64,000 bases of DNA from a virus: positions 47,990 to 111,989 of IMG/VR virus record IMGVR_UViG_3300025543_005580. The stretch is one strand, 5' to 3'. Each line of letters opens with the position of its first letter. The stretch's first letter is position 1. The notes beneath the pieces were generated by a model. It was not told the origin of the DNA. It ran no database searches and saw only the letters and a program-made list of their open reading frames with translations. A program made the translations under genes and the position numbers. Of the stretch, positions 38,636 to 47,801 are shown one piece after another.

Positions 38636-39823
38636 TTATTTTATACCAGAATATTGGAATTTTAACATCCCCATTTGACCTAACCTACCCACATTACTAG
38701 GTGGTCTGTCAGGTTTAATACTTTTATCACTTCTGATAGTCATTTTTAATTTTAATTCTTCACCAGTAGCACCTTCAATTATTATATAAAATCCTTGAAC
38801 TGAAGAATCATCCATAACAGCTTTAAAGGATTTAATTGATCCTAAGGTAGAGGCTAGTATGTCTGATTTTTGAGATGCACTATTTCCTACTGCTTTTACA
38901 AGTATTAAAGGTATTTCTTGTTCTTTTTGAAGGTTAAAACTATTAAACACCCACCCTTTAAATTCTTCTAAACTTAATGAATTAATAGCATCAATGACTA
39001 CTTCTCTATTTACATTAAGCATCTCTCTATAAAGATCATTTGCTTCAATTTCATCTTCTAAATAAAATTGAACATATAAATCTACTACAGCTCTTTTATA
39101 TGTTTTTGTAAAATAGTTTGAGGCGTTAACACCTTCTATATTTTTTATTCCTGGTATTTTGCTATAAACTCTATCCCACATTTCTTGGTATAGGGCAGGT
39201 AAAAAATCCTCTTTACCCATAGCATTTAATTGAGTAGTAACAAAGGAATTAAGTAAAGGTTCTGATGATTTTTCAGTTCCCGCTTTTAATGACACCCCTA
39301 CAATTGATCCATCTTTAAAAAAGATAAATATGTCTCCAGCATGTCCGCTAGGTACTCCTTCTGGTTTTGCTCTATAACCCCAAACAACATAATCTATGGG
39401 ATTTTTACTATTTAAATCATAAAGCCAATTAGTTATCCCTATAGCATTTTGAAATTTTTCATCTAACATTTTGGGAGATAATACCTCTTCCATTGTATCA
39501 AAAATATTCTTTGCGGATTGTCTATCACCTGAATTAACAAAAGCTTTACTATTAAGGGAATGGTTTTTTACAAAGTCTTTAAAATCTTCTACTGAGGATG
39601 GTTTGTACCCGTCATTAAAGGCTAATGCTGGGGGTAGTTCTGTTATAGCTGCTGATAAAGTAGTATCAACTCTACCCTCATTTTCTTCTAAGCTAAATTT
39701 TTCACCTAAAAATTCACTTAATAATGTCTCCAATAACAAAACATCCTGATCATTATTCATGTCAGGATATCCTTTAGGAAATTTATATGCAATCCTATTT
39801 AAATATTTTGTAATATTATCCAA
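38636..39823 (-). CDS. Putative PD-(D/E)XK restriction-endonuclease-like protein with N-terminal leader
   Basis: HAGDIFIFF...GVSLK motif; N-terminal YKFPKGYPD...LLSE...SLEE segment. Confidence 0.5.
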   Translation of the reverse strand: MDNITKYLNRIAYKFPKGYPDMNNDQDVLLLETLLSEFLGEKFSLEENEGRVDTTLSAAITELPPALAFNDGYKPSSVEDFKDFVKNHSLNSKAFVNSGDRQSAKNIFDTMEEVLSPKMLDEKFQNAIGITNWLYDLNSKNPIDYVVWGYRAKPEGVPSGHAGDIFIFFKDGSIVGVSLKAGTEKSSEPLLNSFVTTQLNAMGKEDFLPALYQEMWDRVYSKIPGIKNIEGVNASNYFTKTYKRAVVDLYVQFYLEDEIEANDLYREMLNVNREVVIDAINSLSLEEFKGWVFNSFNLQKEQEIPLILVKAVGNSASQKSDILASTLGSIKSFKAVMDDSSVQGFYIIIEGATGEELKLKMTIRSDKSIKPDRPPSNVGRLGQMGMLKFQYSGIK

Positions 39824-39830
39824 TTTTATT

Positions 39831-40124
39831 TTATTTTACTATTACTTTAAATAAACCTGGGTGTTCTTTTTCGAAATATTTAGCTTGATTATAGCTACGA
39901 CCAAAAACAAATTCATCTAATTCATCTGCATCAGTATATGTCGTAACATCTACTTCACCATCTTCTATTTCATCTTCAGTACCAAATTCATATGGAGAAT
40001 CTGCTAATTCACCTGACTCAACGTCAAAAGCTATTTCTGGGGTTAGAAGTTCAATGTGGTAATCCACTTCTTCTTCAAATAAGCGGCCTTCAGCTAAATA
40101 TTTTTTTAAATTGAAATTGTTCAT
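39831..40124 (-). CDS. Leader-bearing putative head cargo protein (97 aa, acidic)
   Basis: N-terminus MNNFNLKKYLAEGRLFEE. Confidence 0.7.
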   Translation of the reverse strand: MNNFNLKKYLAEGRLFEEEVDYHIELLTPEIAFDVESGELADSPYEFGTEDEIEDGEVDVTTYTDADELDEFVFGRSYNQAKYFEKEHPGLFKVIVK

Positions 40125-40152
40125 TGTTTTATTTTTTTATTTTAATTTTATT

Positions 40153-40683
40153 TTAGATGATATAATACAAATCGTCTTTTAACATTTTCCTCATTTCATC
40201 TTTACTGAATTGAGGGATTGGTTTTCCATTAGCATCCATTTTAAATGCAGGAAGGAATTCTCTTCCATCTTCATCAGATAATTGTGGTATAGCATAAATT
40301 TCAATATCACCATTACTATGGATTTCTACATACCCCTCATCTCCAACAGCATACATACCAGGTTTAACCATTTGAGCTACCATATCAAAATCGTAGGGAT
40401 AATCATTTTCTTCAGCAAATTCTTTTTCGTATACATTAGAATTAAAGCTAAAATTATTATAAAATTTATTAAATTCTTCTTCGTTCCAAGGGCCTGATTG
40501 GTTATAGCCATATATATCATCATTTACTCCATCATAATATCCTGCACCACCTGAACCTACTCCCCCTAAAAGACCATCATCAAATCTAAATCCTGCTTTT
40601 ACGAGTACATCTTCAATGTCTCTTAGTTCTTCTTTTAATAAGCGACCTTCGGCTAAATATTTTTTTAAATCAAAGTTATCCAT
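40153..40683 (-). CDS. Leader-bearing putative head cargo protein (176 aa)
   Basis: N-terminus MDNFDLKKYLAEGRLLKE. Confidence 0.7.
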   Translation of the reverse strand: MDNFDLKKYLAEGRLLKEELRDIEDVLVKAGFRFDDGLLGGVGSGGAGYYDGVNDDIYGYNQSGPWNEEEFNKFYNNFSFNSNVYEKEFAEENDYPYDFDMVAQMVKPGMYAVGDEGYVEIHSNGDIEIYAIPQLSDEDGREFLPAFKMDANGKPIPQFSKDEMRKMLKDDLYYII

Positions 40684-40715
40684 TTTATTTTTATTTTATT
40701 TCCTTTTATTTTATT

Positions 40716-41273
40716 TTATTCGCTTGCTAAATCCATAGCATATTGTTCAACTTCATCGGCATCATACCCAAAATCTTCAACATCTTCTATAAATTCTGCT
40801 TTACCATTAGTAAGTATATTAGCTAATACAGTACCTGCTTCTCCTAAAGCATACTCAAAATCTTCCATTTTACTAAGATCCATTATAGCAGATTTAAAAC
40901 TTTTTTTCTGTATGGGGGTAAGAAAAATTGGTTTTGATTCTTCTTTTTGTTTTTGAATTGGTTGAGATGGTTGAGATGGTGGAGTAAGTTTTTGTAAATT
41001 TAAATCGTTATCCCAAGTTAATTCATAATCCATTAATTTTCCTGTATTAGTTTCCGCTGTAACATTAGCCTGAATTGCTTTATGCTGTATCTTGTTGTTT
41101 TTGGAAGATGTAACCCTAATAGATTGTATAGGATCTAATCCGTTTTGTTCATTATATGTTGATATTATTGGGAATGCCATTTTTTCAATTTCCTCCATAC
41201 CAACATTCACAAAGTTTTCTTCTTCAAATAAGCGACCTTCAGCTAAATATTTTTTTAAATCAAAGTTGTTCAT
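40716..41273 (-). CDS. Leader-bearing putative head cargo protein (185 aa)
   Basis: N-terminus MNNFDLKKYLAEGRLFEE. Confidence 0.7.
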   Translation of the reverse strand: MNNFDLKKYLAEGRLFEEENFVNVGMEEIEKMAFPIISTYNEQNGLDPIQSIRVTSSKNNKIQHKAIQANVTAETNTGKLMDYELTWDNDLNLQKLTPPSQPSQPIQKQKEESKPIFLTPIQKKSFKSAIMDLSKMEDFEYALGEAGTVLANILTNGKAEFIEDVEDFGYDADEVEQYAMDLASE

Positions 41274-41292
41274 TTTATTTTATTATTTTATT

Positions 41293-41814
41293 TTATACTT
41301 CTATATCTGTTGTATCGTCAACTTCTACATCTATTTCTTCAGTATCACTACCTTCTCCTGGTGATGAGGTTGTTGATGCGGTATCTGATGCTTCTAAAGC
41401 TGCTTCATCTCCCATTTCAGCATCGCTGTTACCATAAGATAACATACGAGCTATAGCTTCAATAGCTCTTTCTTCCTCATTTAAATTAAGTAAATAATAT
41501 TTTTTACCTTCAATTTTAGCAATCCAACTACGAACTGCCCAAATTAAATAAAATACTTCATCATTTGCTAGTACAATTCTAAATGTAGTAGGTTTTGGAG
41601 CTACCCATTGGATATCTTTAACGAATGTTTCAAATTGATCCGTTAGCATATCAACTAATATTCTCTTTAGTTCTGGGAATTTTAAGAGCATTGGAAATTT
41701 TTCAATTTCTAAATCTATAGTGGAATTACCCCCATCCAAATCAACGAATGATCCTGGTTTGTATACTTGGCTTACAAGTCCTTTGATTTTATCTCTTAAT
41801 TCTGATTTAGTCAT
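41293..41814 (-). CDS. Hypothetical protein (MTKSELRDKIK leader, acidic tail)
   Basis: Clean ORF in the head-cargo block. Confidence 0.65.
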   Translation of the reverse strand: MTKSELRDKIKGLVSQVYKPGSFVDLDGGNSTIDLEIEKFPMLLKFPELKRILVDMLTDQFETFVKDIQWVAPKPTTFRIVLANDEVFYLIWAVRSWIAKIEGKKYYLLNLNEEERAIEAIARMLSYGNSDAEMGDEAALEASDTASTTSSPGEGSDTEEIDVEVDDTTDIEV

Positions 41815-43157
41815 TATTTAGACTTTAATTTTTCTGCTAATCTTTTAGCAATTTTTTCGGCTTTACTTAAATCGCCTTTATTCATTGCTTTTCTAGCTTG
41901 TTGGAGTTGATAAGTTTTAGATATATCTCCTTTATGTTTATTCAATGCCTTTTGAATAGCAGAAGCTAACATATCAGCTTTACCTGGGGTTTCTTCGTTT
42001 ATTTCAATATCATCAACAACATCAACTTCCATTTCAGGGGTGATATCATCCATTCTATCTACTACAGCATCAATTGCTGGTTCTTTTAGTTCAAAATCTA
42101 AGTAATGCTTAGCACCTACAATAGCTGATTTAGCATTTGAGATTTTTGATTGCCACCAATGTGGTAAATCAACTTCTCCTTTACCTTCAAAATCATCCAT
42201 CATTTGGTATAATTCCATAGCATATTTTCCAATACGATATAGATCACCTTTTAACATATGAGGTTCGTTATCTTGATGACCAAGATCCATATCTTCTTGC
42301 ATCATGTCCTCATCTTCATCTTCTTCCTCACCGTATTCTTCAATTTCGTCTACGATTGAAGCAATTGTAGTATCGTATCTGTTTGAGCTAGAACCTAAAT
42401 CGAAAGCACCATATGCGTCTCCTTTACTAAGGTAAGATGGGAAGTTTTGTGCGATAATATCTCTGGCTTGATCTCCTAATACTTGGAGTTCATCTAAGAT
42501 ATTTCTTAGCTCCATAAGAGCTTCTACTTTATCTTCATTTAATGCATTTTCACTTAAAAATTTAGCTTTTGCTGCTTTAAAATCACCTTTGTATAGTTGT
42601 TTAACTATTTTACGTCCTAAAGTTTCTAATTGATCTAAATCTAAAGAATGAGGTTTACCAAATCCTTTTAAATATGCCGCTCCAATGTCTCCATACTCTG
42701 CAGGATCAATTACATCTTCAACACCTTCTTTTAGATCACCTAATTCCTTAGCTGCTCTAACAAGATCATTTCTTGCTTCATCTTCACCAACACCTCTGTA
42801 TTTGGCTATCTTTTTAATAGCCATTTTAGCAATGCGTTTTTCTTCAGATGAAGAACTTTCATCTAGGTTTTTTTCAATTGCCGCGCCACGTTTTTCTTCG
42901 TAATCTGAAAGTTTACCATCTTTATTTAGATCGGCTGCTTTAGGATTTTTAAGAGAATCTTTAATCATCTCTCTAACTTTATCTTGATTCATATTTTCAG
43001 TTTTTTTCTTAGCCATATTAGTTGCGCGACCATACATTACTGCTTCCGCGTCCTTACCATAACGTTTAACGAAGGACCTCTTATTTGTTTTGAGGTCCAT
43101 TATCGCATCTTCTCGATTTTCGAGTTCTTGTTTAGTAAGTTCGCGTTCGTTAAGCAT
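41814..43157 (-). CDS. Modular putative internal head protein (likely start MLNERE at 43157)
   Basis: Modules bounded by LDE/LKE/LSE/LNE/INE. The ORF-track 5' extension overlaps the Hc1-like gene. Confidence 0.65.
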   Translation of the reverse strand: MLNERELTKQELENREDAIMDLKTNKRSFVKRYGKDAEAVMYGRATNMAKKKTENMNQDKVREMIKDSLKNPKAADLNKDGKLSDYEEKRGAAIEKNLDESSSSEEKRIAKMAIKKIAKYRGVGEDEARNDLVRAAKELGDLKEGVEDVIDPAEYGDIGAAYLKGFGKPHSLDLDQLETLGRKIVKQLYKGDFKAAKAKFLSENALNEDKVEALMELRNILDELQVLGDQARDIIAQNFPSYLSKGDAYGAFDLGSSSNRYDTTIASIVDEIEEYGEEEDEDEDMMQEDMDLGHQDNEPHMLKGDLYRIGKYAMELYQMMDDFEGKGEVDLPHWWQSKISNAKSAIVGAKHYLDFELKEPAIDAVVDRMDDITPEMEVDVVDDIEINEETPGKADMLASAIQKALNKHKGDISKTYQLQQARKAMNKGDLSKAEKIAKRLAEKLKSK

Positions 43158-43167
43158 GTGTTTTTTT

Positions 43168-43323
43168 TTACTTGTGTCCTCTTTTGAAGTCAGCGGATAA
43201 GTTTTTGATTTTGTTAGCGGCAGATCTACATCTTCCTTTAGCTGCAGCTGATGTTTTGTCAATTTCTGCTTCAATCAATAATACTTGTTCTTTGATTCCT
43301 TCTAATAATTCTTTAGTTTCCAT
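43168..43323 (-). CDS. Histone H1-like (Hc1-type) small basic protein, 51 aa; not in the ORF track
   Basis: METKELLEGIKEQVLLIEAEIDKTSAAAKGRCRSAANKIKNLSADFKRGHK with an A-rich start; resembles the KAAGTRARKAS pattern of Bacteroidota Hc1-like proteins. Confidence 0.6.
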   Translation of the reverse strand: METKELLEGIKEQVLLIEAEIDKTSAAAKGRCRSAANKIKNLSADFKRGHK

Positions 43324-43370
43324 AATTTTTATTGTTTTATAAATTTAATTGTTTGTTTATTTTTATTTTA

Positions 43371-44687
43371 TTATAATAATTTGTTTATCAAGCCATCGTT
43401 ACCTCTACGAACTGTAGATTCGTTAATTGACTCATTATTATCTACTTTAGAAACGTGTGCTCTAGTAAAGTAAGTAATTGTATTACCAATTTGATCAGTT
43501 AGTTTTTCATCTCCTAATTTTTCAGCTTCTTCTTGAGCTTTCATTAGTAAACTTTGAACTGCGATTTCATCTTCACCTTCACCTGGCATACTACCTTTTA
43601 CGTCAATATCGGTTTCAACTGATTCATCATCAACTTCAACATCTTTTTCAATGTCAACATCAACTTTTTCGTTGTCTTCAACATCTACTTCTTCTGCTTC
43701 ATACATATCATCTCCTTCATCCATATCTTCTATTTCGGCTACTGGGTCATATGCATCTGTAGTATCATTGATTGTGATTTCAGCTTCAGCCATCATAGCT
43801 GCTTTAATCATTTCTTTTAACTCTGATTTTTTCATTTTAGTTTTATTTTCGTTTAATTCAGTAGGCATTTCTTCATCTACTATTTCTTCTTTGGTATATG
43901 ATTTTCCACACATTTTTTCGTATAGTTTTTCCATCTTGGCTTTTCGTCTTTCAAGATCTTTAACTTCACGCTGCATTTCTTTCATTTTTTTCTTATCAAC
44001 TAATTGCGATAAGTTATCATCCTCAGTAACCATTGAAATTCTTTGGTTTTTAGATTCGATCATTTCATCAATAGCTGCAATTTTAGCTTCTAAAGCAACA
44101 ACTTGTGATTGTTTTTCGATTTCAGCTAATTTGCTGTCTACTGTTTCTTTTTTCATTTTATTTGATTTTGTTTTTTTAATTTCTTCTTCTTTAATTTCTT
44201 CCATGTAGTCGCTCATTTCTTTTCTGCGCTCCATATAATCGGTTTCTACATCATCAGTCATACCAAGATCCGCTTTGGAATCTTCGGCTGAAATGATTTC
44301 AATTTCGCCTTCAGGGGTAATATAAGCTACTTTAGCATTTCTTGAAGCAGCATTAGTAACTAAATAACCATCACCTTCAGGACGGATTACAAATGAACCA
44401 CCAGCATAATCACCTAAATAATTAGCAATACCGAATCCTCTACTGTCTTCCCAATCATCACCTGGTGTGTTAGGTCCTGCTTCTACATCTAAATCAAAAC
44501 CACCACCACGAGGATCAGCTTCAATTGAGTTAGGTGTAATTATATATTTAAGATCTAATTCATTATCTTCAGCTGTAAATTCATCAGCAACTGCTTGAGC
44601 TACTTTTTGAACTAAATCATCAGTAAGTTCTACTTCGTTTAGTAGCTTACCTTCAGCTAAATATTTTTTATAATTAAAATTATCCAT
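43371..44687 (-). CDS. Leader-bearing modular putative head protein (438 aa)
   Basis: MDNFNYKKYLAEGKLLNE leader and internal MKKSELKEMIK; late motif at 44704-44711. Confidence 0.7.
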   Translation of the reverse strand: MDNFNYKKYLAEGKLLNEVELTDDLVQKVAQAVADEFTAEDNELDLKYIITPNSIEADPRGGGFDLDVEAGPNTPGDDWEDSRGFGIANYLGDYAGGSFVIRPEGDGYLVTNAASRNAKVAYITPEGEIEIISAEDSKADLGMTDDVETDYMERRKEMSDYMEEIKEEEIKKTKSNKMKKETVDSKLAEIEKQSQVVALEAKIAAIDEMIESKNQRISMVTEDDNLSQLVDKKKMKEMQREVKDLERRKAKMEKLYEKMCGKSYTKEEIVDEEMPTELNENKTKMKKSELKEMIKAAMMAEAEITINDTTDAYDPVAEIEDMDEGDDMYEAEEVDVEDNEKVDVDIEKDVEVDDESVETDIDVKGSMPGEGEDEIAVQSLLMKAQEEAEKLGDEKLTDQIGNTITYFTRAHVSKVDNNESINESTVRRGNDGLINKLL

Positions 44688-44714
44688 TCCTAATATATTT
44701 ATGTATAAATATGG

Positions 44715-45008
44715 TTATTTTTTAGACTGATACGTCCCTTTCTTGTATTTTGCAGATTTTGTGTTTTTAACAAATTGTTTACCTTTTTTATCACCACGGA
44801 CTTTTTTAGCTACTGTAGCTTTTCTTTCTGCCTTTGTTAAGGATTGAGCTTTTTTTCTAGGCAAACATCTAGTAGTTGCTTTACCTTTTTTCATAGTACC
44901 ACAAGGGCCAGTAATGTTACCAGCCGTATCAATTCGAACCCAATCCTCTTTTTTAAACCAATCGCGAAGGGATTCTGAAATTATTTCTTGTAGTCTTTCG
45001 TTTGTCAT
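44715..45008 (-). CDS. Small basic putative head protein (97 aa)
   Basis: IISE followed by SLRDWFKKEDWV...PCG...CLP...ERK basic domain. Confidence 0.65.
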   Translation of the reverse strand: MTNERLQEIISESLRDWFKKEDWVRIDTAGNITGPCGTMKKGKATTRCLPRKKAQSLTKAERKATVAKKVRGDKKGKQFVKNTKSAKYKKGTYQSKK

Positions 45009-45589
45009 TATGAAACTGCGTCTTCAACAGCACCTTTTAAAATAGTATTTACTTCAATACCTTTAATTGCTGCTTTTAAACTATATATTCCACCTTTAAG
45101 ATAACTTGCTTTTTTAAGATAAGCAACAGCTTCACCTCCTGCTTGACCTGCCATTAAGAAGATTATAACAGCATATAATACATCGGATATCCATTTTTGT
45201 TTTTTGGTGTCTTTAGTAAAGATACTTACTATTCGTTTAATTGGAGCTTTAAATGCTTCTTCATTTTTATGAGTAAAATCATAAATTTTCTTGGCGGCCT
45301 CTTCACCTTTACCAAAATTATGTTTAGCAAATTGTTTTTTAGCAAATTTAGAAAGCATATTAGCTATTGTATTAGATAATAAAATATATCCTATAATACT
45401 AACAGTAATTGCTACCTCATTGATTTCTTTATCGGACTTTTGAATTTCTTCTTTATGGTCTTCTAATTCATCTTTAATTTCATCTGCTAGATCATCTGCA
45501 AATGCATCTAATTCAGCACCAAATTGATCTTCTTCACTTTCAAATAGCTTGCCTTCAGCTAAATATTTTCTTAAATCGAAATTATCCAT
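45008..45589 (-). CDS. Leader-bearing putative head cargo protein with hydrophobic helices (193 aa)
   Basis: MDNFDLRKYLAEGKLFE leader; INE followed by VAITVSIIGYILLS; VLYAVIIFLMAG. Confidence 0.7.
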   Translation of the reverse strand: MDNFDLRKYLAEGKLFESEEDQFGAELDAFADDLADEIKDELEDHKEEIQKSDKEINEVAITVSIIGYILLSNTIANMLSKFAKKQFAKHNFGKGEEAAKKIYDFTHKNEEAFKAPIKRIVSIFTKDTKKQKWISDVLYAVIIFLMAGQAGGEAVAYLKKASYLKGGIYSLKAAIKGIEVNTILKGAVEDAVS

Positions 45590-45619
45590 TTTATTTTTTC
45601 TTTAAGGGGTTTAGTTGAA

Positions 45620-46015
45620 TTAACTATTTTCCCAGTCTTTTTTTCTTCTATCTACTTCTTGGTAAAAAGCTTCTTCTCCTTTTTCTTTCCAACTTAAATA
45701 ATCAGCATATTTTTCAGGAAAACTAACTATCCATTTATTAATAGCATCATAAGCCTTTTTAACAGATTCAGGTGAAGGATTTATTCTAGGAACAGAGACA
45801 TCAAATTGGCCATCCCACCATCCTGTCATATCATCATTCCAATCGATTCTGAATACATCTGGAAATCGCATAGTTCTAAGTTTTGCTCCTGTTTTGATTT
45901 CTAAATCTTTAGCCATTTGTTCAAAGTCATTAAACATTTCTTTTCTTGAAGGAGTAGTTTCTTGTTCAAATAATCTACCTTCAGCTATATATTTTTTTAA
46001 ATCGAATGTATCCAT
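45620..46015 (-). CDS. Leader-bearing putative head cargo protein (131 aa; likely start 46015)
   Basis: MDTFDLKKYIAEGRLFE begins right after the upstream stop codon. Confidence 0.7.
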   Translation of the reverse strand: MDTFDLKKYIAEGRLFEQETTPSRKEMFNDFEQMAKDLEIKTGAKLRTMRFPDVFRIDWNDDMTGWWDGQFDVSVPRINPSPESVKKAYDAINKWIVSFPEKYADYLSWKEKGEEAFYQEVDRRKKDWENS

Positions 46016-46016
46016 T

Positions 46017-47801
46017 TTATTTTTTCTTTTTTCTTCCAGACATTTGTCCTTTACATACTTTAACTGCACGACCTGATAAATAAGCAGATGATTTTTCTCC
46101 TGCTGCTTTACGTCTTTTGATATATGCCTTGCCTTTAGGACATAATTCTTCTTCAATTACACCTTCACCTAATTTAATAGTTTCGGCTAATTCTTGAGCC
46201 ACTGATTTTTTCTTTTCATCACTACTATGACCAAAGGTTTTATGAACTAGTTTATCTAATTCTTTGTGAAATTCATTTTCCTCGTCTTCTGTAGCTTCAT
46301 TTACACCATCAAAATCTCTTTGTTTTAAAGCAGCCATAATAGCGTATACAGCATCTTGTTCGCTATAATCGTATCGTTTAGCCATTGCCTTAATAAAACG
46401 ACTTACTGCTTTAGATACTTCAGGATTAAGTGATTCTTTTATTTCACCTAACATGTTTGGATCCATATTAATGAAATCATCTGATACAGCAAATACTTGG
46501 ACAACTCCATTTTCTTTATCTACTATGTCGATGTCTTCTAAATCATATTCTGCTTTCAAATCTCTAGCTACATCACCAGCTAATCGCATAGCTTCAGCAG
46601 CACTTTCTCTTCGGATTTGACCAGTCATTGTTTCTTTACCTAATGCAATTGATGAACCACCTGGTCCTAAATCATATTCGATATTAACATATAGGAAGTT
46701 AGGGAATTTTTTATCTTTAACATAGCTAGGCATAGATACTCTTGCTCTAGAAGCTTCAGCTATTGATTTACCTCGTTGTTTAGCTTTTCTAACTAATGAA
46801 TTCCAATTAGATAAATCATATTCATCCCATGGTTCAACCTCCATTTTATTGAATGTTTTTTCTTGACCTTCTACTGGTTTGCTATTTAGGTAATGTGTTT
46901 CGTTTTGAGTTAATTCAAAGAATCTATCTACTTGATCTTGGGTAGGCATTTTGCTTTCACCTTCAGCTATTGCTTGATCATAGGTCATTTCTTTTCTACC
47001 TGATAGTTTAGCTATTACTTTATCAATACGATTTAATTTACTACCATATTCATCAGCAATTGGCCCACCTTCTGGTTCAGCTTCTTGCTCCATATCACGC
47101 ATTAATTGTGCTCTTTCTTTTTTGAGGAATGCTATTTTTTTAGCATTATCAAAGAATTTATCGTTACCATCATCACCAGCATTAGCAGCTCTCATTTTAG
47201 CTAATTTATCTTTAGCAGCTCTCATTTTCATAAGAACTGGGTCATTGATGTCCATTTCTTCTAAATTGCCTGCTTGAAGTTCGTACCCCCAACGCTTAAG
47301 TTTAGCTTCTAATTCAGCTTTATCTTTAGCTTCAAAATCGAATGAATCGTTTACACCATAGTAACCCATACCTCTTTTATAGATTTTAGTTTCACCAGCA
47401 TCACCTTTAGGATCATCATAGATAGCAATTTCACCATCGGTAAATGTACCTTCGTTTACTGATTCTTCATAGTAATCTTTATGACCACCGTTTACTCTAA
47501 AAATATCGCTATATTCTCTTCTTGAATAATTTGATGAATCACCTGAAATAGTGATACCTGAATTTCCACCCCAATTCAAACCTGCTGAATCTAGTCTTTG
47601 ACCAATGTCATCAACAATTTCATCTGGGGAATCTTGGCCTGTAATAATATCAATTTCATCCCATTTTGGAACTAACATTATAGTGAATGGGTAGGTTGAT
47701 TTGCTTAGTATTTTAACTACTTTATCAAAATCTTCTTTTGTTACCTTATTTTCTTCTAAAGGTTTAGAAAAGAATTCTTGTATTTTTTTAATATCTTCCA
47801 T
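46017..47801 (-). CDS. Modular polyprotein-like putative head protein (594 aa)
   Basis: About 8 short segments separated by LEE/VNE/IAE/IKE sites; basic ELCPKGKAY...VCKG C-terminal module. Confidence 0.7.
   Translation of the reverse strand: MEDIKKIQEFFSKPLEENKVTKEDFDKVVKILSKSTYPFTIMLVPKWDEIDIITGQDSPDEIVDDIGQRLDSAGLNWGGNSGITISGDSSNYSRREYSDIFRVNGGHKDYYEESVNEGTFTDGEIAIYDDPKGDAGETKIYKRGMGYYGVNDSFDFEAKDKAELEAKLKRWGYELQAGNLEEMDINDPVLMKMRAAKDKLAKMRAANAGDDGNDKFFDNAKKIAFLKKERAQLMRDMEQEAEPEGGPIADEYGSKLNRIDKVIAKLSGRKEMTYDQAIAEGESKMPTQDQVDRFFELTQNETHYLNSKPVEGQEKTFNKMEVEPWDEYDLSNWNSLVRKAKQRGKSIAEASRARVSMPSYVKDKKFPNFLYVNIEYDLGPGGSSIALGKETMTGQIRRESAAEAMRLAGDVARDLKAEYDLEDIDIVDKENGVVQVFAVSDDFINMDPNMLGEIKESLNPEVSKAVSRFIKAMAKRYDYSEQDAVYAIMAALKQRDFDGVNEATEDEENEFHKELDKLVHKTFGHSSDEKKKSVAQELAETIKLGEGVIEEELCPKGKAYIKRRKAAGEKSSAYLSGRAVKVCKGQMSGRKKKK

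Noticed and set aside
43158-43274. ORF-track 5' extensions (also 23466-23531, 26397-26480, 46016-46156, 49641-49718)
   Set aside because: They overlap other genes or regulatory DNA; downstream ATGs with A-rich context or the conserved leader are better starts.
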